Origin: Chiloscyllium plagiosum
Taxonomy: Eukaryota
Assembly (NCBI RefSeq): GCF_004010195.1
Contig: NC_057719.1
Location: 55,159,077 to 55,223,076, forward strand
Direction of reading: 5' to 3'
DNA length: 64,000 bases
In this document: positions 49,261 to 62,887 of the stretch, one piece after another
Numbering within the stretch: position 1 is the first letter of the stretch
How the letters are laid out: every line of letters starts with the position of its first letter
The notes under the pieces: generated by a model
Databases searched by the model: none
What the model saw: only the letters and a program-made list of their open reading frames with translations
What the model was told of the DNA's origin: nothing
Made by a program: the position numbers and the translations under genes

Positions 49261-51176
49261 TGTGAACTGGTATTGGAGGCTGCAGTCGACTTATTGTGCT
49301 GGGGCACCCTTGTGTGATGGTTATCCCAGATGACTGGACAGAGACCTGCTGACAACTGTGGCAAGCTTCCTGACTTTATATCTCTGCTAAATGACATGGC
49401 AAGTCAGCATTAATATGGGCCTGATATCTCTGGATGAAGAGGAAAAGTGCAAAAGGTAATGCAGGGATTGTGCTATGCTAGCAAGTGAAAAGCCTGGAGA
49501 TGCAGCTTTGTCCAGTCCATTAGTTCAGTGCATGTTCCTTGCACAAAGTATCCTTGCTGCAGCATACAATGATAGCTGCCAAAATGCAGTGCTGAAGTAC
49601 AGAAGCATTCCTGTAAGTTGATTGGAAATATGCCATGAAGGTTTATAGAGGGTGCCAATGTCTGAGGATAGTGGGTGCTTGCCCATGGAGCTTGCCCAAT
49701 GTATTGGTGCCCAGAGTCCAACATGGAAGATCTTTTGGGGCAAGTGTCAAGTCAAACCTACCAAAACCCCAGTCTGGTTGCAAGATTTCCCATTGGCTCA
49801 TTGTGTGCCCTATTTGGTAAGATCACAATTTGTGGCAAGTTGAATAGTTAACAAGGGGTTTAATCTAGGGCACCAATTAGGAACTCGCTACTCTCTGGCA
49901 GGAATCTCTCTATGCTACTTGAGCAAACGTGGTTGGTTGTGGCAGAATGATCTCGAAATCAAGATGACCATGCTATTATAAGACATATCATCAGAGCCTG
50001 GGAAGATTATGCACACAATATCCTTGAATATTAAGTGCCCAGCCTTTCTCATTTTCCTTTGAGAAACTTGAGATGATTAGTGTGAGCCAACATGAATTTG
50101 TAAGGATCTTATCTGACAAATCTAATTGAATTTTATGGGAATATGACTAAATTAGCAGACAGGTGAACGTAATTTCTGCAAGACATTTTATTAGTGCTTC
50201 ATATAACAGCCTACTTTTTAAAAGAGGCTGTTAGCTAAAACTAAAGCTGAGGAAATTGAAGACAAATTATTAGCCTGGTTAGGTATTTAGTTAGTTGCCA
50301 GTTGACAGAAATTCAGGAGAAATGGATATATTAGCAAATTGGATAAAAATGTCATGGATGACTCACAAGGATCTAGAAGGAGCTTCGGATATTTGCTACA
50401 TTTTTAGTGAATTAATTTACATAGTAGAGAGTCACATATCTACATTTATTGATGACAGATGTGACATTCCATTCTACACTTCTTACTATGCCACCAATTT
50501 TTCTGTCATCACATTAGAAAGAGATATTGAAAGGTGATTAAGAGGGCAACACTGTGGTAGATGCTGCAGCTTACAAAGGGGGGGTGTAAACCTCATGTGG
50601 AGCTCTGTGTACAGTTTTGGCCATTGCATCATAGAAAAAATGGATTAGCCTTGGAGGAAATACAGTGCACATTCACTAAATCATACAAGGAGTTCAAGGT
50701 AAAATTATGATGAAAGACAAATTAGGATTTTCATTTCCTGGACTACAGAAGATTAAAGTTTTATTTATTTAAGTTTCCTTTTAAATTCTGAAATGGACTA
50801 ATAGAGTAGATTGAGGACAATATTTTCTGTTGATGTCCACTAGACCATAAGATATTGGAGAATAGTTAGGTCATTCAGCCCACTGATTCTCCTCCATCAT
50901 TCAATTGTGGCTGATATGTTTCTCAACCCCATTCTCTCTATAACCTTTGAACCTTATGCTGAATCTAGGACAACAGGACATGTCATAAACTCAAAGCAAA
51001 GTAGTTCAGAGGAGAAGTTAGGAATTAGTTCTTCATATCAAGATTACAAAGATTTTCAGCTCTCTCTCCCATGGGAAGCAATGAATGTTATCTCAATTAA
51101 TAATTTTAAATTGATTTATATGTTTATATTGATTGACAGGAAATGTCAAGCAAACGTGGGTACAGTTCAGCCATTG

Positions 51177-51399
51177 AGTCATAGAATCATAGAGATGTAC
51201 AGCACGGAAACAGGCCCTTTGGTCCAACTCGTCCATGCCGACCAGATATTCCAACCCAATCTAGTCCCACCTGCCAGCGCCCAGCCCATATCCCTCCAAA
51301 CCCTTCCTATTCATATACCCATCCAAATGCCTCTTAAATGTTGCAATTGTACCAGCCTCCACCACTTCCTCTGGCAGCTCATTCCATACACGTACCACC
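51177..51399 (-). mobile_element. Young CR1 3' tail
   Basis: VVRVWNELPEEVVEAGTIATFKRHLDGYMNRKGLEGYG; highly similar to 731-935. Confidence 0.92.
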
Positions 51400-51433
51400 A
51401 ACTTGACTGAACGACAGAATAGGTTCAAAAGGT

Positions 51434-51618
51434 TTAGTAGTGCTGGAAAAGCACAGCAGTTCAAGTAGCATCCAAGGAGCAGGAAAATCAGGATCCCAGA
51501 TGAAGGGCTTTTGCCCAAACGTCGATTTTACTGCTCCTCGGATGTTACCTGAACTGCTGTGCTTTTCCAGCACCACTAATCCAGAATCTGGTTTCCAGCA
51601 TCTGCAGTCATTGTTTTA
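51434..51618 (+). mobile_element. Short fold-back PLE tail
   Basis: TAGTAGTGCTGGAAAAGCACAGCAGTTCA...TGAACTGCTGTGCTTTTCCAGCACCACTA are inverted around GATGAAGGGCTTTTGCCCAAACGTC. Confidence 0.85.
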
Positions 51619-52659
51619 GTTAGTACCTACTACTGTTTTTATGTTCCTCTGATTGATGGTACAAGAGCTAAACAGGCTTATTGCCAATTAGCTATCCATA
51701 TTACATTGCACCATACTTATATTTTTAATTCAAGGAAGTAGAAATCAGGTCCAATACAAAACAGGTTGTTGATTTACTGTGAGCAAATTCAGTGCTATCG
51801 CTGGTAGCCAACTTCATCCTTATAGATTTTTTACTATTAAACCAAACGAAATCCTCTTCCCATTCTTTATGATAAAGTCTGTTTGAGAAAAGTTTTATTT
51901 TCTGTCTCTCCCAAAAAAACAAAATAGACAGCATCAAAAACTGGAATTCATTATTACAAAGAGCTGTATTTATTAACCTCTATCAATAACAAAGATACAA
52001 TAGCATTTCATTGGTTCATTTATTATGTACTAACAGATAATAGTTTTTAATAGCTATTCTACCGTTCTGTGTTCACAAATATTGAAATACCTTATACAGG
52101 AAGGAATTAAGTGAACAATTCATATCAACAATTGAAACAGGAGATTATTTAGTTAATTCATAAATCTATCTGCTATCTGGGGAATGCAGTTCCAGCAATA
52201 TAATGGTGACAAGATTTCATGTATGATTTAATCTGTTGTATTACATTGCTTGCTTATTTTTTTCTCACCTCTGTGCTACCCCAGCTAAGTAACTTGCATC
52301 ACAACCCAGTTAAATTTCATCTGTAGGTGTTAATGAATAGCATTCAGTTTCTCACTTTTATGTGAATGCTCTTTTTAGAAAGCAAGAAAATAAATTGTCA
52401 AAAAATTCACCAGACATGAGAACTTTACCCCAAGAAAGCACTCACAATTCAAACATTTGCAACATGCTGATAACCACTTTATTCTGGCTGTGAAAATCCA
52501 TCATTTTGTTTTTGTCTGTCAAAAGTTCTTCAATAAGTGAGTATAATATCAACATGTGATTTTAGAATGTGTTAACTTGGGCCTTGATGGGAAAGGGTTA
52601 CAGCATTAATTAGATTAAGTATGCACTAAATTAATAATGTTTGTCTATACGTGGCCTGC

Positions 52660-53310
52660 TGTGAGAAACTGAGAATTCCTGGAGGCTTGAAGGACTGAAG
52701 AATACATATATTGAATCGTGAAATCATGGAAGGATTTAAAACAAAGATAAGAATTTTAAAATTGAGGCATTACTGGGTCAGGAGTTAATGAAGGTCAGAC
52801 AACAGAATGCTTATGACTGTACAGGACAGAGGAGAGTTTCGGCTGACTCCAGAGGTATGGATAGAGGAAGTTGAGAGCCCAAATAATTCTAAAGGTAACA
52901 AAGTCACAGATGAGTGTTTAATACTACTTGAGCTGAAGTGAACACAGTGTGGGTTGACTTGATAGAGGTGGAAATAGACTCGTTGGATAATGGAGCAGCT
53001 ATATAATTAGAAATTCCTCAAATGACAGTGTAATTCAACCGTATACATCTACCAGGAGGAGGGATGAAACTGGTACATAGATCTTCTGGTGGGGATCAAA
53101 AGTTTCTATCTTCCCAACACTTAGCCTGAGGAAACTTATGTTCAACCAATATCAGATACTGACAAGCTGTCAGACAATTAGGAAAACTGGAGAGTTTGAA
53201 AGACAGGTCAGTGAGATAGAATTGAATATCAGCATACCAATGAAGTCTAATGAGTTTGTGGATGTTTCCAAGCCTGTAAATATGAGGGACCTAAGGATAG
53301 ATCATTGGTT
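52660..53310 (-). mobile_element. Old L2-like LINE fragment
   Basis: GGATTTAAAACAAAGATAAGAATTTTAAAATTGAGGC...GAGGTGGAAATAG...GAGGGACCTAAGGATAGATC, the last reading SILGP on the minus strand. Confidence 0.55.
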
Positions 53311-53624
53311 GTGGTGATGGAATATTCAGTAATCTATGATAATCTTAGAGCCTCAAGTTGGGCACTGTTATAAGAAAGCTCTAATCCAGATATCCAAAAT
53401 GCCAACCCATGGATAATAGCAATGACATTGGTGTCTTTATGAGTATCCAAGGTGCTGGGAGCCAGAGTTCATGAAGTTATTGTAGTTATTTTTTCTCTCA
53501 AGTTTCCTTGTATTTCTTTTCATATTAAAACATTATAATACATCAGGTTACCTTGAAATTAAGATGTTATTGCTGTCATATGAAGTGGCTATTTTTGTGT
53601 ATGGTCACTATTCAGAAGCTGTTC

Positions 53625-53925
53625 AGGTGCCTGACCTGTTGTGCTTTTTCAGTGTCACATTTTTCGACTCTGACTCTCCAGCATCTGCAGTCTTCACTTT
53701 CTCCTGATCACACCATCAACAGGATTGGAAGTTCATGCAGTTCATGATGCCTATAGCATCATTTCAATGGGTCACAAAACAATACAGATTTGAGCTCTGA
53801 TGAAGTGTCATCAAACTCAAAATATAAACTCTGCTTTCTTCTCTTAGATGCTGCCAGACCTGCTGAGTTTCTGCAGCAATTTTTGTTTTTGTTTCAGATC
53901 TCCAGCATCCACAGTTCTTTGTTTT
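53625..53925 (+). mobile_element. Two decayed PLE tails
   Basis: TGCCTGACCTGTTGTGCTTTTTCAG...CTCCAGCATCTGCAG (53628-53705); CTCTGATGAAG...GATGCTGCCAGACCTGCTGAGTTTC (53795-53925). Confidence 0.7.
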
Positions 53926-55223
53926 AATATACAAATCCCATCAGTATGTTTGCACTTGTGGAAACTGCCTGAGATTTGCATAGTCATTCATCCTAAATTG
54001 GCTGCTCATGAGAAGAGCGATGAAAATGTTTTCCCTGAGAACCAACAGCTCTACATTGAGAGACACTCATATCTCCTAGGCAACTTGAAATGCAATAAAG
54101 ACTTAGATATTCACCAGTTACAATAACCTTGACAACCACTGATAGTGCCATCTCTGTAATTACAATTGACTAGAGGTTGCATTCTGTGGTGAGAGAAAAA
54201 CCTTATTAATATTTTGAGTTCAATATGAATTTCCTGCAGAACTGAAGACAGGTGAAAATGTGAAGAATTTTGATTCTGTTGTGAAAGGAGAGTAATGGGT
54301 GGAACAGAACAAAGGGTTAGATGGTGAGGGAGATTAGAGATCATGGGAATTGAGGTGATTCCTTGAATTTGGCTTGCTGGACCTTTGCACTGATTCTCCC
54401 CATGTTTGGCATCACCCAAATGATAAGAATTGACAATGGACACCCATTCAACATGGAGGAGTTCAGGAAACTTACTAACTATTTAAATTTTGCTTGTTAA
54501 AAAAAATCCAACACCAGCTAATTAAGTATCACAAGATTTATTTAGAAAGTGATATATACAGCTACAGCTGGCAGCAAGTTACAGAAGCTGTATTGATTTC
54601 TCCACAACTACAGATTGACTCCTTACTCAACTGCTGGCAAACCTTAAACAACACTCATCTTTACCAATCCCATGTGCATATATCTTCCTGACTTACGCCA
54701 CAGAGCCAACAATCAACACACAAATGAACATGACCAGAGCAGATGGATTGAATGAAGATAATGCAGATCGAAACATGAAATTTACAGCTCTATCACTGAG
54801 CTAAGTATTAAAGTATTTGTGAAAAGTAATGGTCATTTTGGAAAGCAAAGAACCTCTTCTGACATCCACAGTTTGTTGTGATCCACAGTTCATGAAGTGT
54901 GTGAATCTTGAAAGTACTGAAGACTCCATTCATCTGCATTGTATCCAACTTCAACATCAGCCTAACAGGTGAAGAATACAACCTAAATGTGACTATACCT
55001 AATGTTAGGCATTACATTAGTATTGTGATGAGAAAAAACTCCACAATACTAATGTAATTATGAAATTATGTAGGCAGTGAACAAATCTTTTAGCTCCTTT
55101 ATATAACTAAGTGCATTGTTAAATTGATTCAAAAGCTAGAATAAAATTGGATGTTTAAATAGATGCAAGTTTATTGTTTATGATTTGGAGTTGAATTATT
55201 GAAACATACTGTATTTCACTTTT

Positions 55224-55496
55224 TAGATTAGATTCCCTACAGTGCGGAAACAGGCCTTTTGGCCCAACCAGTCCACACCGACCCTTTGAAGAGTAACCCA
55301 CCCAGACCCATTTCCCTCTGACTAGTGCATCGAAAACTATGGGCAATTTAGCATGGGCAATTCACCTGACCTGCACATCTTTGGACTGTGGGAGGAAATC
55401 GGAGCACTCAGAGGAAACCCACGCAGACACGGGGAGAATGCTCAAAATCCACACAGTCACCCGAGGCTGGAATGAACCTGGGATCCTGGTGCTGTA
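55224..55496 (-). mobile_element. HE1-type V-SINE
   Basis: Same V-domain and tail as 4293-4607. Confidence 0.9.
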
Positions 55497-56214
55497 CTAG
55501 GAAAGGGAGGGATATACTAGAAAGGTTTTGAAAAGTGCAATGCCCTTTTTTGATCACTTGAAATTGCCATACTTACTTCTACCAGTAGGGGAATTCATTG
55601 TAGCTGCTGAAGTAGTTCGATTATGAAACCATTACGGAAACAGAAATTACTCAACAGATCTGGCAACATCTGTGGAGAGAAATTAGAATTAACGTTTTAG
55701 AATGACCGAACGAATGGTTCTGATTTATAGTATCTACACTTCTTGAGGTTTTTATAAAGGGAATCATTGATTGCTTTTGTTTCATCTTTCTCTGGCTGTT
55801 TTACGTCCCAAGAACTTCATATCCCCTAACTTTCAGACTTCAGTTGCTGCACATTTGAAAGAAAAATGTTAGAATGAACTTTGGGCTGAACAATGTTAAT
55901 GGTTTGTACTTCCATGTAAATAGAGATAAAACTGTCAGTTAATGATTGTATTTTTCTGGCATTTATTGTGGTCTTTTTGAGTGTGATCAATAGAGGAAAG
56001 GTCCATACACTGCCAAAAGCTGCAAACTTTGATTCCTTTGAATCACAGCACAATCCCTGAGACAACTCTCCTAATTTTGACTCAAGCCCCCAGATGTTAG
56101 TAAGAATGGCTTTCCAGCATCAGCAGGATTGAGTTTGCTGTTGTTATTTCTGGTGCCAAGCTTAATGAGAGATTTTATTGCTTTGAGTCTTTGATCTAAC
56201 TGAGTCATTATTAC

Positions 56215-56410
56215 ACAGACAATGGTAAACCAGACAGGTTTTCACGATAACTGACAATGATTTCCTGATCATCATTGGAATTTTAATTCCAGATATTTTT
56301 GAATTCATACTCCACCATCTATTGTGATGGAAGTTAAAACCAAGTCCCCAGGGCATCATCATTGTCTCTGGATTACTGGTTCAGTGAGAATACCACAACA
56401 GCAATGCCTT
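56215..56410 (-). mobile_element. Ancient tRNA-derived SINE-like repeat (related copy about 35640-35770, + strand)
   Basis: Minus strand CACTGAACCAGTAATCCAGAG...ATGGTGGAGTATGAATTCAAAAATATCTGGAATTAAAA is shared with 35640-35770. Confidence 0.5.
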
Positions 56411-57180
56411 TCCTCAACTAAATTACTTTCATCCCTTTAGAGGAATTTTGTTTTGTGCTCAGTTGTTGAATGTTTGCATGTCTGTTGATTACTTTGTAAC
56501 CCATATGAATAATTTAAATCTCACGCCTTGCACAGATTTTTTTTTAAATCACAGAATTGTTGCCTTCTTAATGAACTCCCTTGTACATTAACTGCCCCCA
56601 AGTTCTTTTCATCTAGGAGCTACATATATAATTAAGTTAGCTTATTGATAAAAGCTCAAATAGAATATTTTTGATTCTTTATTGCTTTCAAATGTCTACT
56701 TCTAACTTGTAAGACAAACACTAGTTCCCCTTTAGTTAATTAAATCAAAGCTGGCTTGAATTGCTTATTTATCCATTTCTTCTTTAAAAAAATCAAAGAA
56801 GCAAAAATTAAAACATGAACAAAATATTTAAACAATGCATCAAATGGCTCACAAAAAGTGGCTCTGGTTATAGTGAAGGATGTCCCAATTGTTGACAGTA
56901 GATTCATACTGAAAAGAAAACTGACATTATTTTAGTCATGATTATATTAATTGCAAACGAATAATGCATAAGATTTCATTCAATTACAAGCCAAACAATA
57001 GCTAAATTAATGCATATGTAAATGATCACCAAGAATGCATGACTTGTAAAACTTTGAAACTTTGTAACCAAATGGAACTAAAAGAATATTGTGTTACCTT
57101 TACTATTTCTTCATTATGTAACTAGTTCACACTGAAGACTGCTACATGGTTTGGTCCTACATTAAGTTCATTGCAGTATG

Positions 57181-57490
57181 TGGTGGCATGATGACTCACT
57201 GGTTAGCACTGCTGCCTCACAGCACCAGGGACCCAGGTTTGATTCCAGCCTCTGTCTGTGTGGAATTTGCACATTCTCCCCGTGTCTGCGTGGGTTTCCT
57301 CCAGATGCTCTGGTTTCCTCCCACAGTCCAAAGATGTGCAGGCTAGGTGAATTGGCCATGCTAAATTGCCCACAGTGTTAGATGCATTAGTCAGATGGGA
57401 ATGGGTCTGGGTGGGTTACACTTCCGAAGGTCAGTGTGGACTTGTTGGGTCGAAGGGTCTGTTTCTGCACTGTAGGGAATCTAATCTAAT
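57181..57490 (+). mobile_element. HE1-type V-SINE
   Basis: GGTTAGCACTGCTGCCTCACAGCACCAGGGACCCAGGTTTGATTCC...TGTGGAATTTGCACATTCTCCCC...CTGTAGGGAATCTAATCTAAT. Confidence 0.9.
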
Positions 57491-57894
57491 CCTTTCATAT
57501 TCTAGAAGCAGTGCAGTTCTTAATTTGACATTCCTCAGAGAGGTACTGAAAGCGGATTGCATGTGAGAAAGTAAAAGTTACGCATTTTTAAAATGACGAC
57601 TTCACATTTTATTTTTAAAAGACTTATGCTAATACTTATTTAATGTGTCATAAATTTGAATTTAATGTCAACTGTTTAAGCAAAGGAAATTATAATCTAT
57701 ATCCAAGCATGTTAATCCCCAATGTACAGACTCTAGATTGTGGGATTTATGATCCTGTTTATACTTAAAAATGCTGTAATAGAATGACCAAAATTGCGTG
57801 AACAGTTAAATCTAGATGGTTTGTTAATGGGTTTCACTCAATTGAAGAACTTAACTTATTTTCAAATTTGCCATCAACATGCTCCACAAAAAAA

Positions 57895-58560
57895 ACAAAC
57901 TTAAAACAAAAACAGAAATTGCCGAACCTCAGCAGGTCAGGCAGCATCTGTGGGGAGGAAGTTAATGTTTTGGGTCCAGTGACTCTTCATCAGAATGAAC
58001 AGCAACTAGGAAAATGTGGTATACATGGGGAAGGCAGGTTGTTGTTGGTGGTGGTGGTGGTGGTTGTAGTGAGGGGGAGGGGGAGAAAGAGAAATAAACA
58101 AATAGGTTGAGACAGAGCCCTGAGAAAGGAAGATATGAAAAAAGTAGATAAATAAGAGACGATTGGTAGTAAAGTAAGCCAGGGCAGAAAAGAAGCTGAA
58201 TAAGAGATAATGAGGGCTAACAATAGGAGAAAAGATAGAAGCTCTGCTGAACGCCGCCCACGTTATGTATAATATGAATAAGAGTGGGTGAGAATTGGTT
58301 GGCAGTGCTGGAAGCAATCCACTTCCTGACAATACCAGGTGTGGGAGTGTGTAAACAAAAATGGAAGGATAGCATCAATTCTAAACTTGATGTTGAGTTC
58401 TAGAGGCTGCAGAGTCCCAAGCAAAAACTGAGGCATTGTTCTTCAAGCTTGCACTGAGGCTCACTGCAGCAAGCCTGTGACAGAAATATCAGCGTGGAAC
58501 CACAGTAATGCAGTGAAATGGCAGGCATTTGGACATTCAGGTTAATGTTTACGGATGGAA
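57895..58560 (-). mobile_element. Old PLE 3' fragment containing a (GGT)n tract
   Basis: PLE-type tail CTCAGCAGGTCAGGCAGCATCTGTGG; minus-strand CTGATGAAGAGTCACTGGAC; ORF 58400-58618 ends PQCKLEEQCLSFCLG (GIY-YIG C-terminus-like). Confidence 0.7.
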
Positions 58561-59510
58561 CACTTGAGGTTCCCTCTGCACTGGGGAGATAAACTGCAGA
58601 CTGGGTAACCACTGCCAAACACCTACATACTGTCTATAAAAAAAAGCAGTGCAATGGTTTCCATTCTGGTAGTACATTCTTCAGATAGCCACCAGTTAGC
58701 AACTAACAATAACCAACAAGAGGGAAAAATATACTTAATTTAATCCTCACCAATCTGCCTGCCTCAGATGCATCAGCATGTGAAAACAAAATCTTGTCTC
58801 CACATTGAACATACTCTCCATCATGTTTTGTGGCACTATCACAATGCTAAAAAGATTGAGCAATTCAAAGCTGGGCATCTATGTGTCATCAGCAGCAGAA
58901 TTGCACTCAAACAACTAGCAACTTTGTGGCCTAGAATAGCTCCCCATCTACCATTAGGGGACCTAGAGGATCAACCTTAATTTAATGGAGAGACAATATT
59001 CTGACATGACAATCATTCTGGTAATAGTATTGAAGATATGTACTCCAGAACTTTCCACATACCTAGTCAAGCTTCAACAGTGGCACTGACCTGACAATGT
59101 CGAATATTGCCCAGAGATGTTCCATACACAAAAAGCAGGACAAATCCAACCTGGCCAATTACTGCCCAATCAATCTGTTCTCAATCATCAGTAAAGTGAT
59201 GGAAGGTGTCATCAATAATGCTATTATACAACACTTGCCGAACAATAACCTGAACTTTGATGCTCAGTTTTGTTCCCCCAGGGCCACTGAGATTCTAATC
59301 TCATTACAGCCTTAGTTCAAACATGGACAAAAGGTATGAATTCCAGAGATGAGATGCGAAGGATTGTCCTTGACATTAAGGTCACAATTGTTTAAGTGTA
59401 GCTTCAAAGAACTCTAGCAAAATTGGAGTTAATGGAAATCAGGCAGGAATATCACTGCTGGTTACTGTCATATCTGGTACAAAGGAGAGTAGTTTAGTTT
59501 GTTGGAAGTC

Positions 59511-59987
59511 AGAGTTTAAAAGTGTGGCGCTGGAAAAACACAGCAGGTCAGGCAGCAGCTGAGGAGCAGGAGAGTCGACGTTTCAGCCATAAGCCCTTCA
59601 TCAGGAATCGGTGGAGGCAGAGCTTCCAAATCTTCCCTTCCCCAACCTCATCCCAGATCCAACCCTACAACTCGGCACCGTCCTCTTGACCTGTCATACC
59701 TGTCCATCATCCTTCCCACCTATCTGCTCCACCCTCCCCACCGACCTATCACAATCACTCCCCACCTGCATTTATCTATCTATAGCCTTCCCAGCTAACT
59801 TTTCCCCAGCCCCACCCCCACACTCCTATTTATCTCTCAGCCCCCTTTCACCTCCCCACATTTCTGATGAAGGGCTTATGCCTGAAAGCGTTGACTTTCC
59901 AGCTCCTCGGATATGGCCTGACTTGTTGTGCTTTGCCAGCACCACACTTTTCAACTCTAATCTCATCTGCAGTCCTCACTTTCTCCT
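59511..59987 (+). mobile_element. Fold-back PLE 3' fragment nested in LINE-B
   Basis: About 59511-59606 is inverted relative to about 59862-59958; both arms carry CTGATGAAGGGCTTATG..TGAAA. Confidence 0.85.
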
Positions 59988-60230
59988 TTGTAGGAGTTCA
60001 GTCATCTCAGCTCCAGAACATCTCTGCAGGAGTTCTTCAGGGTAGTGTCTTAGGCTCAACCATCATTAGCTGATTCATCCATGGCCTTCCTTCCATCATA
60101 AGGTCTGAAGTGGGGATGCTTGCTAATGATAATTACGACTAATTACGACTTCTCAGATACTGAAGTAGTTTGTGCCTCTATGCTGCAATGCTGCAACACC
60201 TGGACAGTATCCAGACTAGAGTTAACAAAT

Positions 60231-60320
60231 GCTGAAATGTATTGCTGGAAAAGTGCAGCAGGTCAGGCAGCATCCAGGGAACAGGAGAATCGACGCTTCG
60301 GGCATAAGCCCTTCTTCAGG
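60231..60320 (-). mobile_element. PLE terminal-repeat fragment with a 7-bp TSD
   Basis: AACAAAT at 60224-60230 and 60321-60327; body nearly identical to 37770-37862. Confidence 0.85.
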
Positions 60321-61594
60321 AACAAATAACAAGTAACCTTTGAGCCACACAAGTTCCAGGTAACAATCCACTCATTGCCCCTTGATATTGATGACATCGC
60401 CATCATTGAATCTCTTTCCACTGTCTCTATAAGGCACAAGTTGAAAGTGTGTTGGAATAATTCCCAGTTGCCTGGATGAATATATTTCCAACAACACTCA
60501 AGATGTTTAACATCATCCAGGACAAAGCAGTGCACATAATGAACATAACATCCAAAAACATTCAGTCACAACACCACAAATGTTCACTAGCAGCAGGATG
60601 TACGATCTCCAAACTACACTCCAGAATTTCAACAATGCTCTTTCAGTAGTACTTCCCAAACCCACAACCACTACTATCTGGAAGGACAAGGGCAGCAGAT
60701 ACATGGGTAAACCATCAGTGCACATTCTCCTCTAAGCTACTTACTATTCTGATTTGGAAATGTTTTGTTGTTCTTTCAGCGTTGCTGGGTCAAACTTCTG
60801 GAATTCCATCCTTAGCGGCATTGTGGATCTTCATAAACCAAATGGATTGATGCAGTTGAAGAAGGTAGTTTGCTACTAGCTTCTGAAGGACATGTAGGGA
60901 TTTTCAATAAACATTGGCCCAGCCAGCAGTGGCCACATCCCATGAATTAATTCTAAAAAGTGAATATTTAAAGATGGAGTGCTAATCACTTGGGCTGTTT
61001 TTCCGCTGACGGTGTCTCGCTTTTTAAGTGTTGTTCATGCTGCGCTCATTCAGATAAATCAAAATATTTCATTGTGTTTCTAGCTCATGTCTTGTGGATG
61101 GTGGATGGAAACTGGGGAGTTAGGACATTGATTAGCTATCACAGAAATCATAGCTTCTGGCCTACTCTCATAGCTTAGGACTTGTATGGCTGCCCCAGTT
61201 AAGTTTCCTCCAGTGACCGCAGAGTGGGAAGATGAGGATAGCTGACAGAGAAGAGTGAGGCATTCTTAAGACTTGTTAAGCCTTTGTTAACAAAGGTCTG
61301 TTGGGGCTCAACTACAGATTACAACAATTTGAGCATTCCAGATCAGTCTGGTCATAATTTTCCTTCTGACAACAAGGGAGGGTCATCGGTTGAAGGTTCA
61401 TGACAATTGATGGAATTGGAGCATATTAAATGTGATTTCACATGAACATATATAAAGAATCTCTTACTGAAACTGTGCTGTAGTCAAATTCATGGGTAGA
61501 GGCTAGTAATGGTTAATTTTGTGAATAAATGTATAACAGAGAAAAGATTGTCCCCATCATTACCATTATACACTGGCTGTCCAGAGTAGGACAG

Positions 61595-61800
61595 AGAGTC
61601 ATAGAGTCAAACAGCAAGGAAACAGACCTCTTTGAACATGATCCCAAACTAAACTATTCCAACCTGCCTACTCCTTGCCCATATCCCTCCAAAGCTTTCC
61701 TATTCATGTATCTATCCAAACTCCTTTTAAATCTTGTAATTGTACCTACATCCAACCATTTCCTCAGGAAGTTCATTCCACATGCGAACCACCCTTTGTG
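61595..61800 (-). mobile_element. CR1 3' tail
   Basis: VGTITRFKRSLDRYMNRKALEGYG (ORF 61654-62028). Confidence 0.88.
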
Positions 61801-61878
61801 TAGAATGATTATCTCAGGTTGAATTTTGGAAATCTGAATCATGTGATTAATGGAAGAATGAGTTGTATATATTGGCTT

Positions 61879-62039
61879 ATCTCTCCACGCTTCAGGCTCT
61901 CTGCCTTTATTCCTGATGAAGGGCTTTTGCCTGAAACATCGATTTCGCTGCTCCTTGGATGCTGCCTGAACTGCTGTGCTCTTCCAGCACCATGAATCCA
62001 GAATCTGGTTTCCAGCATCTGCAGTCATTGTTTTTACCT
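61879..62039 (+). mobile_element. PLE tail with an imperfect 13-bp TSD
   Basis: TATATATTG(G/A)CTT at 61866-61878 and 62040-62052; CTGATGAAGGGCTTTTGCCTGAAAC at 61913. Confidence 0.85.
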
Positions 62040-62887
62040 TATATATTGACTTGGGTCATATCCCTGCCAAAGAGAAAACAAGGTGTGACTTTGTCAGTGT
62101 TAGTTCTTTTCTAAAATATAGTCTTTTATGAGTAGAATACCGGTTAGTTGGATACTGATGAAGATTTGAGTATTCTGTAAAGAATGCTTGGATGACATTT
62201 ATAAGAAAGATGAACTATATAGGTCAAACCTAAATAGTTTTTGATAAACAGATGGGTATTCAATGGAAGAACAAGATGAACTTTAACAGACTGTAGACAT
62301 TGATGAAATTCAATTCAGAGATCCCTAGATCAGTGCTTGTGTTCAAATTACTGGATTGTGCTCAGGTGTCACATATGGACAGGTTCCTGCTTCAGTTGTT
62401 CAGTTCCCAGAGAGGGACTCACAATTGGATCAGATATCTGCCACTTTGGAAAAGGTCCAGGGAAAGCAATCTTTCCCTGTATCCTCGGAGTAACAAATGA
62501 AACATTTTGCAGTGATACAAAGAAGAGAAGACTGAATGGTTCTCCAGTTCAAAATGCTTCAAAGGTGTATTGTGTGGAAAAAGACAAACTATACAAATCT
62601 TTGCTATGGTCTGATCTGGGTGTTCTTTCATGATTTATTTGTTTTTAGTGAGATCTGAATGTTTGCTGAATATAGTTTGTATTCAAATAAAAATAGATAC
62701 CATGATTTTTTGCTGGCTTCATAAGGGAAACTACTTCAAAGCATTTTTATTATGCATATTAATGATTTTTTTTATGGGATGGTACAGTGGAATTTGGGAA
62801 ATTTATATTTAATATGGTTACAATAAAATTTAAGATTGAGAGTCAGGCTTCTGGATCTCTTTTACATATGTTGATTTAGCTATTAAA

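Larger units (their letters stand above)
50030..51650 (+). mobile_element. Old CR1 RT-3' relic with nested younger tails
   Basis: SQHEFV...TNLIEF (50085-50135), HISTFIDD (50434-50456), ELCVQFWPLHHRK (about 50600-50640). Confidence 0.7.
58600..60955 (+). mobile_element. LINE-B copy (EN remnant, RT, 3' end)
   Basis: IHKKQDKSNLANYCPINLFSIISKVMEGVINNAI (59097-59315); ISAGVLQGSVLGSTI (about 60019-60065); 3' tail near 60950. Confidence 0.88.

Noticed and set aside
58038..58070. (GTT/GGT)n tract giving poly-V/T/H ORFs
   Set aside because: Ordinary microsatellite inside an old PLE.
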